Below, one piece after another: positions 57,478 to 64,000 of a stretch of 64,000 bases of DNA (its first letter is position 1; every line of letters starts with the position of its first letter). The notes under the pieces were generated by a model, which was not told where the DNA came from, ran no database searches, and worked only from the letters and a program-made list of their open reading frames with translations. Source of the stretch: an uncultured virus (IMG/VR IMGVR_UViG_3300023175_001302) (Duplodnaviria > Heunggongvirae > Uroviricota > Caudoviricetes); IMG/VR virus record IMGVR_UViG_3300023175_001302, one strand, 5' to 3'. Made by a program: the position numbers and the translations under genes.

Positions 57478-59775
57478 TTAAATTACACAGCTATCACAAG
57501 CTGCGTCATCGTCTAATTCTGTCTGTGCTAATGGCTCGTCCATTAGTTTGTTTACATCGATTTCTCCTTGCCCATCAAATGTATTAAAGTAGTAAAGTTG
57601 CTTGCCACCATATTTGTAGAACATGATTAAGTGTTGTAACATAAGTGACATTGGAATCTTTTCGTCTTCAAAGAATACAGGGTTGTATGATGTATTCACT
57701 GAAATACCCTGGTCGATATATTTCTGCAGAACAGCCATAATCTTTAGATAACCTTCTGGTGTCTGTTGATCCCATAGTAGTTCATATTTGTTTTTCAGTT
57801 TATGAATGCCTGGTACAACTTGCTTTAGAACACCATGCTTTGATTGCTTTACAGACACATAGCTACGTGGCGGCTCAATACCGTTTGTAGAGTTTGAAAT
57901 CTGCGCTGATGTTTCTGCTGGCATCAGTGCCATTAGTGTACTATTACGAATACCGTGTTCTTTTAGGTCTGCACGTAATGATGCCCAATCCTGACGTTCA
58001 ACGTACTCCGCTAATTCGTCAACATCAGTCTTACGTGTATCCATTGGAACAATACCGTCACCGTATTTTGTTTCACCGACACCAGGACACGCACCCTGTT
58101 CTTTTGCTAATGTGTTTGATGCTTTAATCAAATAGTATGACCATGCTTCTGCCCATTCATCTACTAGATTTAAATCTGGGTTAGAATAGTTTGTATCGTT
58201 CTTCGCAAGCCAGTAAGCAAAGTTAATAATACCTACGCCAAGTGGTCTACGATTATTAGTTGATAGTTCTGCTGCTAGAACTGGATACTTTTGATAATCT
58301 AGTAATGCGTCAAGCCCACGTACTGCTAATTCACACGGTTTTTCAAAGTCTACTGGTGTTTTGATGTTGCCCCAATTGATTGCTGAAAGTGTACATAGTG
58401 AAATTTCGCCTTCTTCATCAAACACATGCTTTAGCGGTTTAGTTGGTAGATCAATTTCACAGCATAGATTTGATTGACGAATAGGAGCTACATCAGGTTT
58501 AAATGAACCATGGTCGTTAGCGTGGTCAACATTCATCAAATAGATACGACCTGTATTTTTACGTTCGTTCATAAATGATGAGAATAATTCTGCAGCAGGT
58601 ATAGACTTTTTACGTAGTCTAGTATTTCTTTCTGCTGTTTCATATAGTTCACGGAATTTGTCTTGGTCAGCAAAAAATGCTTCATATAATCCTGGAACAT
58701 CACTTGGAGAGAATAATGTAATGTTGGCGCCTGTCATTAGACGTTCATACATTAGTTTATTAAACTGTACGCCATAATCTAAGTGTCGTACACGGTTATC
58801 CTCAGTTCCCTTGTTATTTTTTAGAACTAGTAAATCTTCTACTTCTAAATGCCAGATAGGATAATAAAGTGTCGCAGCCCCACCGCGGACCCCGCCCTGT
58901 GAGCAAGATTTCACGGCAGACTGAAACATCTTATAGAATGGAATAACACCTGTATGTGACGCATCGCCATTACGTATCGGTGAATTGATAGCACGAATAC
59001 TACCAGCACCAATACCAATGCCCGCTTTTTGTGAAACATATTTAACAATTGATGAAGATGTCGCATTGATTGAATCAAGCGAGTCATCTGTTTCAATTAG
59101 AACACAGGAGGAAAATTGTCTCTGCGGAGTGCGAACGCCTGCCATGACTGGTGTTGGAAGTGAAATATCAAAATTGCTGATAGCATCATAATAATCTTTC
59201 ACCCAACGCATTCTTTCATCACGAGGATATTGACTGAATAATGTCGCCGCAATAAGAATGTATGCCATTTGTGGTGTTTCGAATAGTTGTTTCGTTACTC
59301 TGTTCTGTACTAGATACTTTCCACGAAACTGTTCCATTCCAACGTATGAGATATTGAAGTCACGTTCATGCTTAATGAAACCGTTAATTCTATCCCATTC
59401 TTCTTCTGAATAGTCTTCTAGTAATGCTGGATCATAAAAACCTCGTTCTACATTATTTTTAACAAGGTCAAGAACATGCATTGGCTCAAAGTCGCCATAT
59501 ACTTCTTTACGAATATGGTAATTAATTAAGTTACCTGCTACCCACTGATAGTTTGGAGTGTCTTCACTAATCAAATCAGCGGCGCTTTTAATAAGAGTTT
59601 CTTGGATTTCAGAACTTGTAATTCCATTATAGAATTGAATATGTGATTTGATTTCTACTTCACTCGGTGATACACCGTTTACTCCATCACAAGCGAAAAA
59701 TACAACTTTGTGCATTTTCTCTAAATCTAATTGTTCTTTTGTTCCATCCCTTTTAGTAACTTGAATATTACTCAT
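57478..59775 (-). CDS. nrdA: Ribonucleotide reductase class Ia alpha subunit
   Basis: ATP cone VTKRDG, QFSSCVL, SNLCCEI, ALMPAETS, LYY and C-terminal CDSC. Confidence 0.97.
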   Translation of the reverse strand: MSNIQVTKRDGTKEQLDLEKMHKVVFFACDGVNGVSPSEVEIKSHIQFYNGITSSEIQETLIKSAADLISEDTPNYQWVAGNLINYHIRKEVYGDFEPMHVLDLVKNNVERGFYDPALLEDYSEEEWDRINGFIKHERDFNISYVGMEQFRGKYLVQNRVTKQLFETPQMAYILIAATLFSQYPRDERMRWVKDYYDAISNFDISLPTPVMAGVRTPQRQFSSCVLIETDDSLDSINATSSSIVKYVSQKAGIGIGAGSIRAINSPIRNGDASHTGVIPFYKMFQSAVKSCSQGGVRGGAATLYYPIWHLEVEDLLVLKNNKGTEDNRVRHLDYGVQFNKLMYERLMTGANITLFSPSDVPGLYEAFFADQDKFRELYETAERNTRLRKKSIPAAELFSSFMNERKNTGRIYLMNVDHANDHGSFKPDVAPIRQSNLCCEIDLPTKPLKHVFDEEGEISLCTLSAINWGNIKTPVDFEKPCELAVRGLDALLDYQKYPVLAAELSTNNRRPLGVGIINFAYWLAKNDTNYSNPDLNLVDEWAEAWSYYLIKASNTLAKEQGACPGVGETKYGDGIVPMDTRKTDVDELAEYVERQDWASLRADLKEHGIRNSTLMALMPAETSAQISNSTNGIEPPRSYVSVKQSKHGVLKQVVPGIHKLKNKYELLWDQQTPEGYLKIMAVLQKYIDQGISVNTSYNPVFFEDEKIPMSLMLQHLIMFYKYGGKQLYYFNTFDGQGEIDVNKLMDEPLAQTELDDDAACDSCVI

Positions 59776-59825
59776 TGTTTTTATATCTCCAAAATTGCAA
59801 TGTATTTACACACATTACTATTAAC

Positions 59826-60293
59826 TTAATATCTGTTGTTTATATCTGCGTCTTCCATTCCAGCTACACGTAGCTTAATAATATTACTTAGTTGGAAATG
59901 TTTAATTTCAAATCCTTTCGTAATACCAAGAAATTGATTTCGCATAAATGCTACTTGGTTTATTAATTCTGAAATTGCTACAACTTCATCTTCACCATCT
60001 GCGTACTTTTCTGCGTCCCTGCTAGACAGTGCTTTGTTGTAGTTCTCCAGATATTTTCTTAGGTATTCGCTACGCTTTTTGCGTAAACTTATATTTAGAT
60101 GTTCTAGAATGGCTTCTAACTCTTGTAGTTGAGAAAATCTTAGTTCAACATATGCTGGTAGTTCTGTAGAATTTTTCTCTACATTTCCTTTGATCTTAAC
60201 TTCAGCACGTGCTTCAGCAAGTTCTTTATCAAAGTGGTCAAGACAAGAAGGAATATTATTCCAGTCTTGTACAACTTTACGATACCAACTCAT
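59826..60293 (-). CDS. uvsY: Recombination mediator UvsY-like protein
   Basis: ALSSRDAEKYADGE...K.F.LSNIIKLRVAGMED; near uvsX. Confidence 0.75.
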   Translation of the reverse strand: MSWYRKVVQDWNNIPSCLDHFDKELAEARAEVKIKGNVEKNSTELPAYVELRFSQLQELEAILEHLNISLRKKRSEYLRKYLENYNKALSSRDAEKYADGEDEVVAISELINQVAFMRNQFLGITKGFEIKHFQLSNIIKLRVAGMEDADINNRY

Positions 60294-60532
60294 TCGTCAT
60301 ACTCATCCCATTCATCGTCTTCATCTTCGTAATCATCAACAAAATATCTATCAAATGCTGTTTCTAGTATTTTATCATTTTCAGTCATTTCTTCAATATC
60401 AGTTTTTGATATACCATAATCGTCACACAGTTTAATGATACGTTCAGCAGCTTCCATTTTATCTTTAGCTGGTACTAAAGGTTTCATTGCTTCCCACATA
60501 TCAAAGATAAAATCAGTTTCAATTGCTGCCAT
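60290..60532 (-). CDS. Hypothetical acidic protein
   Basis: Start reassigned to MAAIETDF. Confidence 0.6.
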   Translation of the reverse strand: MAAIETDFIFDMWEAMKPLVPAKDKMEAAERIIKLCDDYGISKTDIEEMTENDKILETAFDRYFVDDYEDEDDEWDEYDE

Positions 60533-60533
60533 A

Positions 60534-60983
60534 TTATGCCTCATAAATTGCTGAGTTTGCTCCGTGTTCTGAACATTCACACGAAACGCACCAACATCGG
60601 TTATCTGTCATATTACGAACCAGTTCGTCTGCCTGTTTCCATGCATGATAGGCAAAGCGTTCTGCTCCGACACCATCAAATATAGTAAGTTCAGCAATAC
60701 CATCTGATTCTAGTTCTTTTAATTTATATAGCATAGGATCATTTTTGTCAACCACTACTTTATGATCAAAGTTATCTTCTAACCATGCTTTAAGCGGTTT
60801 AAGTCCGCCAAAGTCTACAGCCCAATTACGATGGTCTAGTTCATCGCACCCAAATGTAAATTTGAATGCGAGACTGTATCCATGTAAAAATCTACAATGT
60901 GAGTGGTCTGCATGTGGTTGACGAAAGACTGCTGATAATCCTATGTTGTGTCCATATGTTTTTGTAGAAAGATATTTAGCCAT
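60534..60983 (-). CDS. queD: 6-pyruvoyl-tetrahydropterin synthase / QueD family
   Basis: HCRFLHGY, VDFGGLK, FDHK and C-terminal E...NSA.Y. Confidence 0.8.
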   Translation of the reverse strand: MAKYLSTKTYGHNIGLSAVFRQPHADHSHCRFLHGYSLAFKFTFGCDELDHRNWAVDFGGLKPLKAWLEDNFDHKVVVDKNDPMLYKLKELESDGIAELTIFDGVGAERFAYHAWKQADELVRNMTDNRCWCVSCECSEHGANSAIYEA

Positions 60984-62098
60984 TATTCATTACCATTAAG
61001 TTCAGCGTTTTCATCAATAATTTCACCATTATCATCTACTTGTAGTGCTTCAAGGCCGTGCTTTTCAGCGTCAATATCTTCCATATTCCACTCTGCCATG
61101 ATAACATCTAGTTTTTCATCAGTCCAATTTTTACGGAACTCAATCATTTCTTCACCAGATTTGGTCACATACTTTAGACGATTACCTTGCTTTACAAGCA
61201 GACCTTTTGCTTCAAAGAATTCAAGTAGACCTGAATAAGGAGACATACCTGTTTCATATGGGATTTCTACCTGTACACTTTCAAACGGCTTCGCATAACG
61301 TGTTTTCATAATCTTACATGCCGCACGAATACCATGAACTTGTGATGTCTTGTTACCGTCTGCGTCTGTTTTCAGTTTCAACTTACGCATAGCGATAACA
61401 ATACTTGACGCATAGATAAAGCCTTGACCGCCTGAAATCTTATCATCTGGATCAAACATATCTTGTGACGCATATGTGTGATTAGTTGCTACCATACCTA
61501 CGTTAAAATCGCCAAACATATTCACACAGTTACGAACAAGTGCTGATAGTGCTTTAGGCTTACGACCCATATCACCTTTCATATCGCCTTTATTGAACTG
61601 GTCAACATCTGTTGGTGTTAACATCATACCCAATGAGTCAAGTACGAATAGAACCTTAGGACGATCTTCTTCGTCTGCGTCACCATAATCAGAACGATAC
61701 TCTTTCATAAAGTCTGAAATGATTTTAGCAACATCATCAATCATTGCTACGTTTAGTTTTAGAAGTTTATCTTCGCTTGTATCTACACCAAGTGCTTCTA
61801 GCCAAGAGTTGTCTAGTGCATTTTCACTATCAATAAGAACTACATAGATACCCTGATCCTGTGCGTTCTTTACTACGTTACCTGACGCAATATAAGACTT
61901 ACCAGCGCCGCTTTCGCCTGCTAGAACTGTTACTTTACCTAGCGGAATACCTTTGTGAAAATCACCTGAGATTAACTTGTTTAGACAGTAGTTACCTGTT
62001 GAAATCCATGTGTCCGGGTCACGAAACCCAATTGACATACCTGGAACTGATTTTGTAATACTTTTACGAAATTTACTCGCATCAAATGCTTTTGCCAT
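60983..62098 (-). CDS. uvsX: RecA-like recombinase UvsX
   Basis: ISTGNY.LN, AGESGAGKS, IDSENALD, DSLG, NHTY and MKTRY. Confidence 0.93.
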   Translation of the reverse strand: MAKAFDASKFRKSITKSVPGMSIGFRDPDTWISTGNYCLNKLISGDFHKGIPLGKVTVLAGESGAGKSYIASGNVVKNAQDQGIYVVLIDSENALDNSWLEALGVDTSEDKLLKLNVAMIDDVAKIISDFMKEYRSDYGDADEEDRPKVLFVLDSLGMMLTPTDVDQFNKGDMKGDMGRKPKALSALVRNCVNMFGDFNVGMVATNHTYASQDMFDPDDKISGGQGFIYASSIVIAMRKLKLKTDADGNKTSQVHGIRAACKIMKTRYAKPFESVQVEIPYETGMSPYSGLLEFFEAKGLLVKQGNRLKYVTKSGEEMIEFRKNWTDEKLDVIMAEWNMEDIDAEKHGLEALQVDDNGEIIDENAELNGNE

Positions 62099-62116
62099 AA
62101 TCTACTCCATGTTGTG

Positions 62117-62143
62117 AAAAAGAGAGGGCTAATAAAGCCCTCT
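62117..62143 (-). terminator. Terminator after the SSB gene
   Basis: AGAGGGCT-TTATT-AGCCCTCT followed by a T run. Confidence 0.7.
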
Positions 62144-62158
62144 AAGTTAGTAAAATGA

Positions 62159-63172
62159 TTAGTCGCTCTTACGGGCACGAATCATTGCTAGAATATCTGA
62201 AGCATCCTTGCCAGCACTTGGAGACTCAGTTGTGACAGCTTCAGCTTCAGCTTCTTCATTTGATTTAAAAGGAATATCGTCTTCCTCTACTGCTGCTGGT
62301 GCTGGAGCAGGCTTTGGAGCCTGAGCAGGAGCAGCTTTTGGAGCTGATGAACCTGATGATGAATTAGTAGCTGCACCTTCAGGAACCTCAAGACCATATG
62401 GCTTATAGAAGTTACCCCAACGCTGTGGATCATATAATTCACCATCTACTGATGCTTCGAACATCTCCATGATTACATTTAATTCATCCTGTGAAGGACG
62501 CTTTGGCATGAACTCATTCAAGTCAAACAAACCATGAGTTTCGATTGCCTGACGCTCTGCTTCATTTAGAGAACGCTCTTTACGTGCCCAATTTGAAGTA
62601 GAGTAATCTGCGTACTGACCTTTTTGCGTTTTTGTCAAACGGAAGTCTGTACCTGCATCGTAATCAGTTGGAAGATTTTCCATATCTGGATCCATCAACG
62701 CTGCTTTTAGCAGTTTGAAGATTTGTGGACCAATCACAAAACGACGGATTGGATTTTCTGGGGTTTCTTCGTTCATCGGGTCAGTTACTACAAACCCTTG
62801 GAAGATGTATGAACGCTTTTTCCAATACTTACGACCAAGTTCTTCCATTGCTGGATCTTTGAACCAAGGACGAATTTCAGCATGTACTGGACATGTATCG
62901 CCCCACATTTCAATACATGGGACCTGAACAGTAACTGGTTTCTGTTCGCCACCTACAACACCTGCGAAAGGCATTTTGATGACCTGACGTTCACGCCAGA
63001 AGAATACGTTACTTGAGTCTGCGTCTGGTAAGAAGCGAATAACCGCAGTACTATCATTATCCATATTCCAGAATGGATAGATTGCGTCTGTACCACGATT
63101 TTGATTAGAATTAGTTTCTGCTTTGTTTTCTTGTGCCAGCAGTTTTGCACGGATTTCTGCTAAAGTTGCCAT
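62159..63172 (-). CDS. Single-stranded DNA-binding protein (T4 gp32-like)
   Basis: AVIRFLPD, CIEMWGDTCPV, KKRSYIFQG, ADYSTS and an acidic tail. Confidence 0.88.
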   Translation of the reverse strand: MATLAEIRAKLLAQENKAETNSNQNRGTDAIYPFWNMDNDSTAVIRFLPDADSSNVFFWRERQVIKMPFAGVVGGEQKPVTVQVPCIEMWGDTCPVHAEIRPWFKDPAMEELGRKYWKKRSYIFQGFVVTDPMNEETPENPIRRFVIGPQIFKLLKAALMDPDMENLPTDYDAGTDFRLTKTQKGQYADYSTSNWARKERSLNEAERQAIETHGLFDLNEFMPKRPSQDELNVIMEMFEASVDGELYDPQRWGNFYKPYGLEVPEGAATNSSSGSSAPKAAPAQAPKPAPAPAAVEEDDIPFKSNEEAEAEAVTTESPSAGKDASDILAMIRARKSD

Positions 63173-63280
63173 AATGTTTACTCCTATATTAGCCTATATT
63201 AGTTTTTGTATTAGCCTAGATGTACTACCTCTCTAAGTTAATAGATTGATAATAACAGTTTTATTTATCAATGTCAAGCG

Positions 63281-63308
63281 AAAAAGGGAGCCTAAGCTCC
63301 CTTTTTTT
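63281..63308 (-). terminator. Bidirectional terminator
   Basis: AAAAAGGGAGC-CTAA-GCTCCCTTTTTTT. Confidence 0.8.
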
Positions 63309-63328
63309 GTAAAAATATTTTTGTGATT

Positions 63329-64000
63329 TTAGTCTAAATCAAATCTTGAAAATGCTTCACTCAGCATTTCATCAATACGCTCATCTGCTGATTTAGCATC
63401 TTCTTCTTTCTGTACTTTCGAAAGTTTTAAAAGATAACCTGCTAGTTGAATTTTATCTTTTCCTACACCTTTAGGATTTTTACGTATTTCTTCCGCAACA
63501 TCAGATAAGAAGTTAGATAATTCTGCTGCTCTATCGTGTCCTTTATTTTTACGTTTCTTATCATCAGACGCATCAACATCTACACGATGTGCGATATCGT
63601 CTAATTCTAACGCAATCATATCCATTTTACGCTCTGCTGCGTTTTCTTTGTCAGAAGGTTCACTATATTGCTTTTTAATTTTATCAAAGTCGTAACCATC
63701 TTGTCTTGCTGGGAAATAGATACGATTAAGATTTTCACCTGTCTTTTTATCTTTACCCATAATGATTGATTTAACACGTTCAACTTGGTTAGCACGGTTG
63801 TTTTCCATTTCTTCTTCATTTACACGATGAACAAGTGGCAGAATGTCTTTTAATGATTCTTCAAATGTTGACTTTGTGAATTTTGCTACGTAATCATTTA
63901 CAGTTTCTTCTGTAATTTCTGCTTCTTCTGACTTTTCATTTAGAGCCATTGATTCAACAAATGATGTATAACCTTTTGCAGTTTGAATACGTTTGATTGA
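63329..64000 (-). CDS. Hypothetical protein, 5' end probably outside the window
   Basis: The reading frame stays open upstream of the ATG at 63949 to the window edge. Confidence 0.6.
   Translation of the reverse strand, partial: SIKRIQTAKGYTSFVESMALNEKSEEAEITEETVNDYVAKFTKSTFEESLKDILPLVHRVNEEEMENNRANQVERVKSIIMGKDKKTGENLNRIYFPARQDGYDFDKIKKQYSEPSDKENAAERKMDMIALELDDIAHRVDVDASDDKKRKNKGHDRAAELSNFLSDVAEEIRKNPKGVGKDKIQLAGYLLKLSKVQKEEDAKSADERIDEMLSEAFSRFDLD

Noticed and set aside
41334..62098. Introns or inteins in nrdA, nrdB, uvsX, uvsW or the helicase
   Set aside because: All have ordinary lengths and continuous motifs, with no intein or homing-endonuclease signatures.
991..63819. Numerous plus-strand and nested ORFs in the six-frame track (e.g. 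991..1563, 6632..6976, 33742..34119, 54453..54761, 55327..55785)
   Set aside because: They are antisense or alternative-frame shadows of well-supported minus-strand genes.
1..64000. Stop-codon reassignment, as seen in some large phages
   Set aside because: Conserved genes are full length under the standard bacterial code, and TAA, TAG and TGA all end genes at the expected positions.

Overview
This 64 kb window is a dense, AT-rich, almost entirely minus-strand segment of a large T4-related (jumbo-type) phage genome. It is not bacterial chromosome. Replication/recombination genes lie at the right end (gp32 SSB, UvsX, UvsY, UvsW, gp41 helicase, gp61 primase, gp62-like clamp loader subunit, nrdAB, and a miniature DnaE-like protein). 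A late-promoter (GATAAATA) virion block with a PAAR spike and Mtd-N fibre proteins occupies the middle. The left third is packed with host-derived auxiliary genes: pepA, HIT, mtnN, clpS, hsp20, rpsU, infC, clpX, fdxA, an APS-kinase-like gene, a CDF transporter, yggX, DUF1127 and a complete prkA(yeaG)-yeaH-spoVR operon. An alphaproteobacterial host, probably Rhodobacteraceae-like, is inferred from a permuted two-piece tmRNA (tag ANTNAAPAMAIAA), DUF1127, a zf-CHCC protein and GANTC-containing promoters. The most notable signals are: (1) eight sigma70-type promoters with a CcrM/GcrA-type YGATTCK methylation site exactly 3 nt from the -10 box; (2) an unassigned, separately promoted, highly structured ~200-nt non-coding RNA; (3) a phage-encoded tmRNA-ClpX-ClpP-ClpS-PepA-IF3-bS21 translation and proteolysis toolkit, with a ROSE-type RNA thermometer on hsp20; (4) the PrkA-YeaH-SpoVR operon; and (5) late enzymes with a shared capsid-targeting-like N-terminus, including a PNK-like kinase and a KxDG ligase-fold protein. 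All assignments come from motifs recognised by eye; no database searches were run.
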